Shown here in pieces: positions 28,886 to 38,651 of a stretch of 64,000 nucleotides of DNA. The DNA comes from Luteolibacter sp. (GTDB lineage Bacteria > Verrucomicrobiota > Verrucomicrobiia > Verrucomicrobiales > Akkermansiaceae): assembly GCA_051252155.1 (NCBI GenBank), contig JBPOGB010000002.1, forward strand, positions 297,125 to 361,124, given 5' to 3'. The stretch's first letter is position 1. Each line of letters begins with the position of its first letter. Under the pieces are notes generated by a model that had not been told where the DNA came from, ran no database searches, and saw only the letters and a list, made by a program, of their open reading frames with translations. Position numbers and translations under genes: made by a program.

Positions 28886-30328
28886 ATGTCATCAGAAGAT
28901 CTAACCGGAATAATCCGGAAAATCCCCGAATCCGACCGCGCTCCGGAGCGGAGGCGTTCTTATGCCTGGCTCCTGCCGGTGGGTTTGCTTTTTGGGTTCG
29001 TATTGATTTTAGGCCTTCTCTTCGGGAAGCGCCTGATCCCGGCCAAGGCCGTGACGACGGCACCGGTGGTCACGATCCGGACGAATGAGCCCGATCCTTC
29101 CGAACCTGATTCAGGCAAGGGCGGCGAAGACGTAAGTGCTCTCGGTAAGGGCAGTCTTCTCTTCCAAGCCTCGGGGTGGGTCGAGCCCGATCCGTATGTA
29201 ACACTCGTGCCGAGTTTGGTAAACGGGGTGGTTGAATCTGTTCACGCCTTGGAAGGCCAAGTGGTCAAGAAGGGTGATCTGCTGGCCAAGCTGATCGACG
29301 AAGATGCGAAGCTCGACCTGCGATCGGCGGAACAGGAATATGTGAGCCTTGAGAAAAAAATCACCGCGCATTGCGTAAGCTTGGAAATTGTAAATGCGGA
29401 AATCACGGCAGCAGAGCGCAGGGAAGAGGCGCTGAAGGCGCAGCTCGACGATGCGAAGGATAACTACACCCGCCTCGAGGGACTGAGTGAAGGAGCCGTT
29501 TCGCGCCAAGAGGTCGTGCAGGCACGGCTTGCCGCGGATCGACAGGCAGCCATGCACGCCGAAGCTCAAGCGGAACCGCCCCGGCTTCGCGCGAGGATCG
29601 GTCAGATTGAGGCGGAAGCGGAATCGATGCGTGCATCGCTCGACGAGCTGGCAACCCGCCGGGATCGCGCGGCGCTTGCTCTCGAACGGACACGGATCAC
29701 CGCACCCGTCGATGGGATCGTGCTGCACCTACATGTGGCTCCTGGGAAAAAGCGCATGCTCAACATGGACGATCCGAAGTCCGCGGTCATCGTCGAGCTA
29801 TATGATCCGCAGAGCCTTCAGGCACGAATCGACGTTCCCCTCAACGAGGCGGCCAATCTGACTCCGGGACAAGCGGTGGAACTGGTTTCCGAGATCCTGC
29901 CCGATAGGACTTTCGCAGGTCGGGTCACCCGTATCAGCGGTCAGGCGGATCTCCAGCGAAACACTCTCCAGGCGAAAGTGGCGATCGAGGATCCAGATCC
30001 GGTGCTGCGCCCCGACATGCTGGTGCGAGCCAAGTTCTTTTCCGTTTCCGGGCGAAATACGAAGAGCGGAAATTCATCTGTGGGAGCAAGCGTTGCTTCG
30101 AACAGGCTGGCGATCTACGTGCCCGAAAACGCCCTTGTCGATGACAGTAGCGTGTGGGTCGTTTCCCCTAATGGTGAAGCCGAGCTGAGGAAAATCACCC
30201 TCGGGCGGGACACCAAGGATGGCCACCGCCGTGTGACCGACGGCCTCCTTTCCGGCGAGTCTGTCATCCTGCCGCCGCACGACGATCTTGAAGAAGGAGC
30301 CCGCCTCAGCGTTTCCGAAACGAATTAA
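28886..30328 (+). CDS. HlyD/membrane-fusion family periplasmic adaptor
   Basis: 480 aa with an N-terminal TM helix, a long coiled-coil segment (EAQAEPPRLRARIGQIEAEAESMRASLDEL) and barrel/lipoyl-type motifs (ITAPVDGIV). Confidence 0.85.
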   Translation: MSSEDLTGIIRKIPESDRAPERRRSYAWLLPVGLLFGFVLILGLLFGKRLIPAKAVTTAPVVTIRTNEPDPSEPDSGKGGEDVSALGKGSLLFQASGWVEPDPYVTLVPSLVNGVVESVHALEGQVVKKGDLLAKLIDEDAKLDLRSAEQEYVSLEKKITAHCVSLEIVNAEITAAERREEALKAQLDDAKDNYTRLEGLSEGAVSRQEVVQARLAADRQAAMHAEAQAEPPRLRARIGQIEAEAESMRASLDELATRRDRAALALERTRITAPVDGIVLHLHVAPGKKRMLNMDDPKSAVIVELYDPQSLQARIDVPLNEAANLTPGQAVELVSEILPDRTFAGRVTRISGQADLQRNTLQAKVAIEDPDPVLRPDMLVRAKFFSVSGRNTKSGNSSVGASVASNRLAIYVPENALVDDSSVWVVSPNGEAELRKITLGRDTKDGHRRVTDGLLSGESVILPPHDDLEEGARLSVSETN

Positions 30329-30339
30329 AATTTTCACCC

Positions 30340-31050
30340 ATGAACCCTCTCATTTCCATCAAATCCGTCACCAAGTCCTTCACGAAGGGCAAGGCGACGA
30401 TCACGCCCCTCGAAGATCTTTCGCTCGTTGTTCCGAAGGGTGAGTTCCTGTCGCTCATGGGGCCGTCCGGGTCGGGAAAAACGACTTTGCTCAACCTGAT
30501 CGCAGGGATCGATACGCCGACCTCCGGTGAAATCCTGATCGACGGTCGGGATATCGCCGGTTTGTCGCGTGCAGAACTCACTCGCTGGCGCGCGAAGCAT
30601 GTCGGCTATATTTTCCAGATGTATCATCTTGTCCCGATCCTTTCGGCTTATGAAAACGTCGAGCTTCCGCTCCTGTTAGGGAACCTCGGCAAATCGGAGC
30701 GTAAGGAAAAGATCCTGGCTGCGCTTGATCTTGTCGGTCTCGGTGACAGGGCGGATCACAGACCCTCGGAATTGTCCGGCGGGCAGGAGCAGCGGGTCGC
30801 CATTGCGCGCGCGATCGTGCACGACCCCGAGTTGCTCGTGGCCGACGAACCGACCGGCGATCTCGACAGGGAAGCTGCCGACTCAATCCTCAACCTGCTC
30901 GATTCTCTGGCGACAAGGCATGGGAAAACCATCGTGATGGTCACCCACGATCCCAAGGCCTCCGCTGCCGCACACCGTACTCTGCAACTCGAGAAGGGGC
31001 GCTTCGTCGGAGAAAAAGCGTCCGAACCCACAACCGTTTCCACGACATGA
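30340..31050 (+). CDS. ABC transporter ATP-binding protein (MacB/LolD type)
   Basis: Walker A GPSGSGKTT, signature LSGGQEQRVAIARA and Walker B LLVADEPTG. Confidence 0.9.
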   Translation: MNPLISIKSVTKSFTKGKATITPLEDLSLVVPKGEFLSLMGPSGSGKTTLLNLIAGIDTPTSGEILIDGRDIAGLSRAELTRWRAKHVGYIFQMYHLVPILSAYENVELPLLLGNLGKSERKEKILAALDLVGLGDRADHRPSELSGGQEQRVAIARAIVHDPELLVADEPTGDLDREAADSILNLLDSLATRHGKTIVMVTHDPKASAAAHRTLQLEKGRFVGEKASEPTTVSTT

Positions 31051-32183
31051 AGCTGGTTGTCCTCGCCTTCAAAAACCTCGCGCGCAACCGCCTGCGATCC
31101 TTGCTCACCGTGCTTGGTGTGGCCGCCGGGATGTTCCTTTATGCTTCCGTGCAGACCATGCAGGACTCGCTTGCTAATGCCACCGAAGGAAGCGCCAAGG
31201 ACACGACCCTGGTGGTTTACAGGGAGAACCGGTATTGCCCGTCCACTTCACGTCTTCCGGAAAGTTATCATGATACCATCCGCCGCATCCCCGGGGTGCG
31301 AGAAGTCATTCCGATCCAGATCGCCGTGAACAACTGCGGGGCGTCGCTCGATGTCATTACCTTCCGTGGTGTCCCGCCGCAGGAACTCAGGAAATACAAT
31401 CCCGGCATCGAGGTGATTGAGGGTTCGTATGAGGACTTCACGCGGCGTTCCGATGCGGCTCTCGTTGGGCAGCACCTTGCAGAACGGCGCGGCCTCTCCG
31501 CCGGCGATACCTTCGAGGCGGTGGGCGTGAATGTTATAGTCGCAGGTATCATCAGTTCGGATTCGCCGCAGGATGAAAGCGTGGCCTACGTCCACCTGGA
31601 TTACCTCCAGCAGGCGTCGCGCATCGGGCTCGGGGTGGTGACCCAGTTCAATGTGAAGGTGGAGTCTTCCGACCAGCTAGAGCCGGTGGCGGAGAAAATC
31701 GACGAGATTTTCCAAACCGATCAGCAACCGACGAACACGCGGCCGGAGAAGGCATTCTTCGCCGAGACCGCGAAGCAAATGATCGAGCTGATTGGTTTCA
31801 CCCGCTGGCTGGGGCTTGGTGCCGTGCTCGCGGTGCTCGGGCTGGTTGCCAACGCCGTGCTTCTCATCGTTCGTGGGCGGGTGAAGGAAACTGCGATTCT
31901 CCAGACGCTCGGTTATTCGAGATTGGCCATCGGTGTGCTGGTCGTCACCGAAGGGTTGATGCTCGGACTCATCGGCGGGCTGGTCGGGGTGCTGGGTGCG
32001 GTCGCGTTTTTCCGCTTCAAGTCCTTCACGCTCGGCAATGAAGGGCTGGCGCTCGCTCTTTCGCCTTCCGTTTCCGTCACCCTCGGTGGCCTGGGAGTTT
32101 CCCTGATCCTCGGCTTCATCGCCTCGCTCTATCCCGCCTGGAAAGCGACCTCGCGTCCGCTTGTCGAATCACTCAACGCCTAA
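31047..32183 (+). CDS. FtsX-like ABC permease (MacB/DevC type) 1
   Basis: ATGA overlap with the ATPase gene. It has an N-terminal TM helix, a periplasmic domain and 3 C-terminal TM helices. Confidence 0.85.
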   Translation: MKLVVLAFKNLARNRLRSLLTVLGVAAGMFLYASVQTMQDSLANATEGSAKDTTLVVYRENRYCPSTSRLPESYHDTIRRIPGVREVIPIQIAVNNCGASLDVITFRGVPPQELRKYNPGIEVIEGSYEDFTRRSDAALVGQHLAERRGLSAGDTFEAVGVNVIVAGIISSDSPQDESVAYVHLDYLQQASRIGLGVVTQFNVKVESSDQLEPVAEKIDEIFQTDQQPTNTRPEKAFFAETAKQMIELIGFTRWLGLGAVLAVLGLVANAVLLIVRGRVKETAILQTLGYSRLAIGVLVVTEGLMLGLIGGLVGVLGAVAFFRFKSFTLGNEGLALALSPSVSVTLGGLGVSLILGFIASLYPAWKATSRPLVESLNA

Positions 32184-32196
32184 ACCAAAGACTTTC

Positions 32197-33351
32197 ATGC
32201 TGCCATTCACCTACGCCCTAAGAAACCTGTTCCGTGATCCTTCGCGACTCGCGCAAACTGTCGGTGGCTCTGCGGTGGTGGTGCTGCTTCTCATTGCGGC
32301 GGTGGCGCTGAACCAAGGAATGGATGCGGTGCTCTCTTCCTCCGGCTCCCCGAAGAATATCATTCTGATGGGCAAAGGTTCCGAGGAGTCTATCGAGCGT
32401 TCGGAAGTGGGGATCGAGGCGGAAAGCGCCGCCGCTACCTCCATTTCCGGTATCGCGACCCGGCTCGGTGTCGCTGCCGTTTCCGGGGAGATCGCCTATC
32501 AGGCTCCGATCCGCACTTCCTCCGGAGCCGAGCAGCCGGCTCTGCTGCGGGGAGTGTTGGAAAAGTCTCTGATGGTTCATGCATCAGTCAGGATTCTCGA
32601 AGGCCGCTTTCCCGGATCCGGGGAGGTGATGGTGGGGCACTTGGCGCACCGCAAGTTGGGCGTCGATGAGGATGAACTCGCTGTCGGAAAAACGCTCTAT
32701 TTCGAGGATGACGAGCTTGTTATCGCCGGGCGTTTCGCGGCGCCGGGGACGGTGCTGGAGTCCGAAATTTGGTTCGACCGCAACGACCTCGCTTCACTCA
32801 CCCAGCGCGATTCCCTGTCTTCGGTGACGATCCGCATGGATGGCGAAGCGGCGGACGTCGGAGATGCGGAGCTTTTCGCCTTCCGCCGCAACGACCTTGA
32901 ACTCGCCGCCGTGCGGGAGGATGCCTACTACGACAAGCTTAGTAGTTTCTACCGTCCAATCGGGGTGATGACATGGGTCACCGCCGCACTTGTCGCGGCC
33001 GGAGCACTTTTCGGCGGGCTCAACACGCTCTACGCCGCGTTCGCCGCGCGCATCCGAGAAATGGCAACCCTGCAATCGATCGGCTACACACGCTTCGCGC
33101 TGCTGGTTTCCCTCGTGCAGGAGTCCCTGCTCGCGACGCTGACGGGGACTTTGCTCGCCTTTCTGTTCGCCTACTTCCTGCTGGACGGGCGCACCATTCC
33201 GTTTTCCGTCGGCACTTTCACACTTGCGCTGACCCCTGCAGTGATCCTCTCCGGCCTTGCCGCAGGCATCCTGCTCGGGACGATCGGCACCCTGCCGCCT
33301 GCTGTGCGCTGTCTGCTACCCAGTCTTCCGAAAGCCCTACGTTCCCACTGA
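32197..33351 (+). CDS. FtsX-like ABC permease (MacB/DevC type) 2
   Basis: The ATG at 32197 gives MLPFTYALRNLFRDPSRL.... It has the same 1+3 TM topology as the preceding permease. Confidence 0.85.
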   Translation: MLPFTYALRNLFRDPSRLAQTVGGSAVVVLLLIAAVALNQGMDAVLSSSGSPKNIILMGKGSEESIERSEVGIEAESAAATSISGIATRLGVAAVSGEIAYQAPIRTSSGAEQPALLRGVLEKSLMVHASVRILEGRFPGSGEVMVGHLAHRKLGVDEDELAVGKTLYFEDDELVIAGRFAAPGTVLESEIWFDRNDLASLTQRDSLSSVTIRMDGEAADVGDAELFAFRRNDLELAAVREDAYYDKLSSFYRPIGVMTWVTAALVAAGALFGGLNTLYAAFAARIREMATLQSIGYTRFALLVSLVQESLLATLTGTLLAFLFAYFLLDGRTIPFSVGTFTLALTPAVILSGLAAGILLGTIGTLPPAVRCLLPSLPKALRSH

Positions 33352-33371
33352 AAAACCAACCGAAACGAAAT

Positions 33372-33905
33372 ATGAAACCAACATACCTTGCCGCCATTCT
33401 GCTATCACCCTGCCTTTTGCTTAGCTCCTGCTCGGAGAAGGAAACCACGCCAAGCACCGAAAAGTCCGAGAGCGACACCCTCAGCGAATTCATCCTCACC
33501 GAAGCCCCGGACGAAGCCCTCGACATCGCCGAGCTCAGAACGACGGCGAAGCCGGGTGATGAAGTGGTATTCACCGGTAACATTATCGGGAGTGACCAGG
33601 TTTTTATCGAAAACCATTCGGTGATGATCGTCGGTGATCCCAACAAGCTGACCTCGTGCGATCGCCGCCCCGACGACCCTTGCACCACTCCATGGGATGT
33701 TTGCTGCGATGATCGGGAAGTTATCAAGGCATCCATAGTCACCGTCCAGCTGATCGATGCAGACGGGAAACCATTCCGCGAGGGTCTCAAGGGTGTCGGG
33801 GGAATGAAGGAGCTGAGCTCAGTAACCGTTACCGGCGAGGTGGCTGAGGGTTCCAACGCTGAGAACATGGTCGTCAATGCGACGGGTATCTTCGTACAAC
33901 CCTGA
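33372..33905 (+). CDS. Cys-rich lipoprotein, unknown function
   Basis: The ATG at 33372 gives the lipobox signal MKPTYLAAILLSPCLLLSSC. The Cys cluster is TSCDRRPDDPCTTPWDVCCDD. The ORF-track N-terminal extension overlaps the permease gene in another frame. Confidence 0.6.
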   Translation: MKPTYLAAILLSPCLLLSSCSEKETTPSTEKSESDTLSEFILTEAPDEALDIAELRTTAKPGDEVVFTGNIIGSDQVFIENHSVMIVGDPNKLTSCDRRPDDPCTTPWDVCCDDREVIKASIVTVQLIDADGKPFREGLKGVGGMKELSSVTVTGEVAEGSNAENMVVNATGIFVQP

Positions 33906-33918
33906 ACTGTCCGAGCAC

Positions 33919-35238
33919 ATGTCCGGAAAATTTGCATTCACCGCGCTCCTCGGAGTTGCCTTATCCTCGGGTTGCGCAATCACTAGTGGGGGCGGGGGAG
34001 GCTCGGCGCCTGACCGTGCCGAGGTCAGCTGGTGGAAGAGCTACGGTGATTCCGCGTTGAACAAGGACATCACCACCGCCTTGTCTTCAAACCCGGGTCT
34101 GGAGGGTGCTGCCAGCCGGATTGAGCGTGCGGAAGCATCCGTCTCAGGTGCGCGTGCGGCGATGCTGCCGCGCCTGAATCTTGGAATCGGCTATTCGGAA
34201 GGCCGGCAACGTGAGGTCGATTTCGGCCCCTACACGCTTGCCCCTTGGGAGACGGGTGCTGGACTTTCCTGGGAACTCGACTTCAGCGGAAAACTCCGGG
34301 CGGCGAAACGTTCCGCAGAAGGCGGGCGGGACGCTGCTGTCTGGGATCTCCGTGCCGCGCGACTCGTGCTTGCCAGCAGGATCGCCGCGCTGCGATTCAA
34401 TCTCTATCGCTTCAATGTGGAACGCGACTGCGTGGCTGAATCCCTTGCGGCGATGGAGAGGAGTGTGGGAATCCTTGAAGAGCGCTCGTCTGCGGGGCTC
34501 ACCACCGGATTGGAAGTCAGCAGGCTGCGTGCGGAAAAGGAAAAGCTGCTGCGTGAGAAGATCGATATCGAGCGGTTGCGTGATCTCACGGTCGTCCAGC
34601 TGAGAACTCTGCGTGGAGGGACGGAGCCGGGTTCGATCAGCGACAGGGATTTCCCGTCTGCCATCCTGTCCGGAAACAGTTCGCGGAATTTAAAGTTGGA
34701 AGGGCACCCGGAAATTATGGCGGCGGAAGCGAGGTTGCGGGCGGCGTTTGATCTGGAGATGGCGCGGAGACTCGATCTGCTTCCCTCGTTCAAGCTAGGA
34801 GCGCTGGCCAGCGGGCGAACAAATTCGCTGGGCGATACCTACCGTAGCTGGATTGCGAAAGTTGGACCATCCATGGACATCCCCATCTATGATCCCGGGA
34901 GGATCGCTGCGGCAAAGGCGGGAATCGCGGAGCGTAAATCTGCCTCGGCCAACTACCGTGAGACCGTGCTTAAGGTGCTGGGAGAGATCGACAGCGCGAA
35001 GATTAATCTCCGTCGTCGCACAAACCAGCTAGCGGCTGCGGAGCGCGAAGTGGATGAGCTCAACAATGCGCGGAAACTGGCGCGCGAACAGTTCGATTCA
35101 GGGCTTACCTCAGAGATGGAATTTCTCGATGTGGAACGTGCTTGGTTGGATGCGAAGCGTAGCCGCGCAACGCTTGAGCAGGCGCGGCTTAATGCTGAGG
35201 TCGATCTGATCAAAGCGAGTGGTGGCGGAGTGGATTAG
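33919..35238 (+). CDS. TolC-family outer membrane efflux protein
   Basis: The ATG at 33919 gives MSGKFAFTALLGVALSSGC. It has a two-repeat OEP layout and typical heptad-rich helices. Confidence 0.85.
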   Translation: MSGKFAFTALLGVALSSGCAITSGGGGGSAPDRAEVSWWKSYGDSALNKDITTALSSNPGLEGAASRIERAEASVSGARAAMLPRLNLGIGYSEGRQREVDFGPYTLAPWETGAGLSWELDFSGKLRAAKRSAEGGRDAAVWDLRAARLVLASRIAALRFNLYRFNVERDCVAESLAAMERSVGILEERSSAGLTTGLEVSRLRAEKEKLLREKIDIERLRDLTVVQLRTLRGGTEPGSISDRDFPSAILSGNSSRNLKLEGHPEIMAAEARLRAAFDLEMARRLDLLPSFKLGALASGRTNSLGDTYRSWIAKVGPSMDIPIYDPGRIAAAKAGIAERKSASANYRETVLKVLGEIDSAKINLRRRTNQLAAAEREVDELNNARKLAREQFDSGLTSEMEFLDVERAWLDAKRSRATLEQARLNAEVDLIKASGGGVD

Positions 35239-35306
35239 GGGTAAATTGGAAATGGCTCCCCTAAGTTTGAAGTCTCTCCATGAGCTAGAACTTATACCAC
35301 TCCGCA

Positions 35307-35460
35307 TTTCAAAAGAGACGAATGAGGATTTTATCGTGCTGAGAACGAAGTGCGCATTGCGTGGGGTGAGGAGCCGGGCGCTTTCCCATAGTCTCTGTGT
35401 TGCTCCTCAGTCATGCCTTGAGACTACGAAAAATCACTCCGGCATTCGTCTCTTTTGAAA
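35307..35460. repeat. 154-nt element bounded by a perfect 18-bp inverted repeat with nested internal stems (MITE-like or structured RNA)
   Basis: TTTCAAAAGAGACGAATG (35307-35324) is the exact reverse complement of CATTCGTCTCTTTTGAAA (35443-35460). Internal 7-bp pairs are TGAGGAG/CTCCTCA and TAGTCTC/GAGACTA. Confidence 0.45.
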
Positions 35461-35760
35461 CTCTACTTGGTATTAGGCAGATGACTACGGGTCATTTTGT
35501 CGTAATAGAAAGGCTCGCATGGTTGCTGCGGACTTCTTTAGGCTGATATCGCATAGTATGCCGCGCATAGGCTCCATTAGACATGAAAAACCCTAAGCCC
35601 TAGGCCCCTCTATTTAGGGGGGTGTGGAATTCTGATTCTGTGCTAGGTTTTTAATACTAAATCCTAAAACCCAATGGATTTCGGACAGCTCCTGTCCGAA
35701 TTGGCCACATCCCCAGTGTGCCTTGTTAGCCCTCTACTCCCCAAAGCCTAAACCCATCTC

Positions 35761-38316
35761 ATGAATTCTAAAATTACCCCTTCCCTTCTCACAGGCGCTG
35801 TATCCTTCGCGCTACTCTGCAATCAGGTGTATGCCGACGACACTTGGGATGGTGACACCGACGGCACCTGGGCGACAGCCACAAACTGGGGAACCGCTGC
35901 TCCTGGCACGGGTGAAATCGCCACTTTCAGCGGCGCAGGCAACGGCAATACCACCATCGATCTTGGTGCAGGCGTCACCGTTGGTGGCATCGTGTTCGAT
36001 ACAGTATCAGCCGCAGCCTACACGATCGGAGCGGGCGTCGTTGGCACCGACACCCTCACGCTGGATAATGGCGGCTCGATCACGATGAGTTCGACGGTGG
36101 CGGCAGATCAACTCTTCAACGCGAATCTCGTGCTCGGTAACGACGCGACCGCGAGCACCTACACCTTTACCAACGCAAGTACCACCAACTCTCTCAGTGT
36201 GGCGGGCACGATCACCGGAGCGACGGGCGGCACCGCGGATGCCAAGACCTTGGCGATCGCCGGTGCGGGAGCGACCAACCTGAGCGGTATCATCAGCGAC
36301 GGTGGAGCATCTTCGCTCGCACTGTCCACGTCCGGCGGGGGCACCCTCACGCTCACGGGAGCCAACACCTTCACGGGTGGAGGCACGCTTGATGGAGGCA
36401 CGGTCAACATCAACAACGCTTCCGCCCTCGGCACCGGTGCATACAACTTCAATGGGGGGCTCACATTCGACAATACTTCTGGGGCTGCAATCACCAATAC
36501 CGGCAACAACGCGATCATCTTGAATGGTGCTGTAACATTCACCGGATCGAACGCCCTTAATCTGGGTACTGGCAACGTGACCTTGACCGCTAATCGCACG
36601 ATCAATGTGTTGACGGGTGGCGAATTGACGATCGGCGGCGTGATCGACGATGGCGCGAGTTCATTTAGGCTCACTGTTGGAGGAGGCGCAAACGGTGTCC
36701 AAGGCGGAACTTTGGTCTTGAATGGGAACAATACCTACAATCTCGGCACAACGATTGGGAGAAATAACACTCTGAGAGTCGGGCACGACAACGCTCTCGG
36801 CACCGGAACAGTCACCCTCGGGCGAGAAGGAGCGTTTCTGGAGCTGACGAATGGTGTGGATATCGGCAACGCTCTCACCATGGCCAACTCGGCCAATCCG
36901 AATGGAGCTCGGGGCATACGGGTGTTTGGAACCAATGCTACGGCCGAGTTTTCGGGTACCATCAACAAAGCTGAAAACACTGCTGGCGATTTTCGCGTTA
37001 TCGCCGCAGACGGGCAGACTCTCACGCTTTCCGGAGTGATCTCAAATAACGCAAATTCCAACGTCAATTTAACAGGAGCTGGCCTGGTGATCATCAGTGG
37101 CAACAATACGCATGATGAACAGACCATTCTTACTGGTGTCAATGGCACGGTTCGGCTCGCGCATGACAATGCTACGGGTAGCGCCGGGCTGGCTCTGAAT
37201 AGCACCGGAGCCACGGCGGAGTTGGCGGAAGGCATTAATATCTCGGAGACACTTAATGTGGCTAATGGTGGTAACCAGAAAATTCTGGCCCTGCAAACCG
37301 GTGCCACTTCTGCTGAGTGGTCCGGAGCGGTCATTATCAATGAGAGAACTGCAAGCAACTACTTGGGTCTCAGTTCCGACGGTGCCGGCGTGCTCACCAT
37401 CTCCGGCAACATCTCTTCCGCCGTTGCAGCCGCCAATTCTGATATACGCAAGGACGGGACAGGCACAGTGGTTCTTTCCGGAAGTAATACCTATGTAGGA
37501 GACACGATCGTCACTAATGGCACCCTTCAACTCGGAGTGGCAGATGGCGTTTCCTCCGGCGCGGGCGTCGGTAACTTCAGCATGTCTGCGGACACTGGGC
37601 TCACGGCTACGCTGGATTTGAATGGCTTCGACCAGACCCTCAACGGCTTCTCAAGCAGTGGTTTGGGCAGTAATATCGTGGACAACACGGCCGTTGGACC
37701 TGCCACCCTCACCATCGGTGAAAATGACGGCACAGGTACCTTTAATGGCGTGATACAAGACACGGGCGGCGATCTTGCTATCACCAAAACCGGTGCAGGC
37801 AGTATCACTCTCACTGGCGCGAACACCTACACTAGCACGACGACTGTCAGCGGCGGCACCTTGAGTGCGGAAAACAACAAAGCACTCGGCGATACGAGCC
37901 TGCTTGCGGTCACCGGCGGCACCTTGGATGTGGGTGGCGCTGATGCAGTAGGTATGCTCACCCTCGGTGCCAATGCGGATCTCACACTCTCAACCGGGAC
38001 GATTAATTTTGATCTGGGGACTGCCTTTGACCAGATCGTCAGCAGTGGAACAGGTATGTTCGATATCGACGGCGGCACCTTCGAACTCGACGTGATGGGC
38101 GAGGGTTTCGACTACGAAAATACTTATCAAGTGCTCTCGGGCTTTGGTGGTTCCAACTCGGTATCCGGCCTGAGCTTTACGGGTTATGACGATGTGGGTT
38201 ACACGGCCTCGCTTGATACTTCAGGCCTCCTCACTTTCACTCCCGTTCCAGAGCCCAGCGCCTTTGCTCTGTTCAGCCTCGGCGTGCTTGGTCTTTGCGC
38301 CCGCCGCCGTCGCTAG
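35761..38316 (+). CDS. Autotransporter-associated beta-strand repeat protein with PEP-CTERM anchor
   Basis: 851 aa with a signal peptide. It has many G-x-L-x-L-x-G-x-NTY/F-x-G-x-T repeats (GGTLTLTGANTFTGGGT, GTVVLSGSNTYVGDTIV, GSITLTGANTYTSTTTV). The C-terminus is TPVPEPSAFALFSLGVLGLCARRRR. Confidence 0.85.
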   Translation: MNSKITPSLLTGAVSFALLCNQVYADDTWDGDTDGTWATATNWGTAAPGTGEIATFSGAGNGNTTIDLGAGVTVGGIVFDTVSAAAYTIGAGVVGTDTLTLDNGGSITMSSTVAADQLFNANLVLGNDATASTYTFTNASTTNSLSVAGTITGATGGTADAKTLAIAGAGATNLSGIISDGGASSLALSTSGGGTLTLTGANTFTGGGTLDGGTVNINNASALGTGAYNFNGGLTFDNTSGAAITNTGNNAIILNGAVTFTGSNALNLGTGNVTLTANRTINVLTGGELTIGGVIDDGASSFRLTVGGGANGVQGGTLVLNGNNTYNLGTTIGRNNTLRVGHDNALGTGTVTLGREGAFLELTNGVDIGNALTMANSANPNGARGIRVFGTNATAEFSGTINKAENTAGDFRVIAADGQTLTLSGVISNNANSNVNLTGAGLVIISGNNTHDEQTILTGVNGTVRLAHDNATGSAGLALNSTGATAELAEGINISETLNVANGGNQKILALQTGATSAEWSGAVIINERTASNYLGLSSDGAGVLTISGNISSAVAAANSDIRKDGTGTVVLSGSNTYVGDTIVTNGTLQLGVADGVSSGAGVGNFSMSADTGLTATLDLNGFDQTLNGFSSSGLGSNIVDNTAVGPATLTIGENDGTGTFNGVIQDTGGDLAITKTGAGSITLTGANTYTSTTTVSGGTLSAENNKALGDTSLLAVTGGTLDVGGADAVGMLTLGANADLTLSTGTINFDLGTAFDQIVSSGTGMFDIDGGTFELDVMGEGFDYENTYQVLSGFGGSNSVSGLSFTGYDDVGYTASLDTSGLLTFTPVPEPSAFALFSLGVLGLCARRRR

Positions 38317-38374
38317 GCTTCAATTACTTTGGATTACCCGCTTTCTTGTTTCCTCGAAAGCTACTGTAGCTGTG

Positions 38375-38632
38375 GGTGAGATCGACAGCGCGAAGATCAA
38401 TCTCCGCCGTCGCTCCGACCAACTGGCGGCTGCGCAGCGCGAAGTAGCTGAAGTCGATAACGCGCGGAATCTGGCGCGCGAACAGTTTGAATCAGGGCTT
38501 ACCTCAGAGATGGAATTTCTCGATGTGGAACGTGTCTGGCTGGATGCAAAGCGCAGCCGTGCAACGCTTGAGCAGGCAAGGCTTAATGCAGAGATCGATC
38601 TGATAAAAGCGAGTGGTGGCGGGGTGGATTAG
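38375..38632 (+). pseudogene. Orphan 3' fragment (last 85 codons + stop) of a TolC-family gene
   Basis: GEIDSAKINLRRRSDQLAAAQREVAEVDNARNLAREQFESGLTSEMEFLDVERVWLDAKRSRATLEQARLNAEIDLIKASGGGVD* aligns end-to-end with the C-terminus of the intact TolC gene (34981-35238). There is no upstream TolC coding sequence. Confidence 0.8.
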
Positions 38633-38651
38633 GACTGTCGCAAGTTGCAAG

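Noticed and set aside
32973-33371. N-terminal 133 codons of ORF 32973..33905
   Set aside because: This part overlaps the second FtsX permease gene out of frame and is Arg/Pro/Ala-rich. A lipoprotein signal peptide begins at the ATG at 33372.
38186-38374. 5' part of ORF 38186..38632
   Set aside because: It is an alternative-frame read-through of the PEP-CTERM gene's 3' end that happens to run into the TolC relic. Only 38375-38632 has protein-like similarity.
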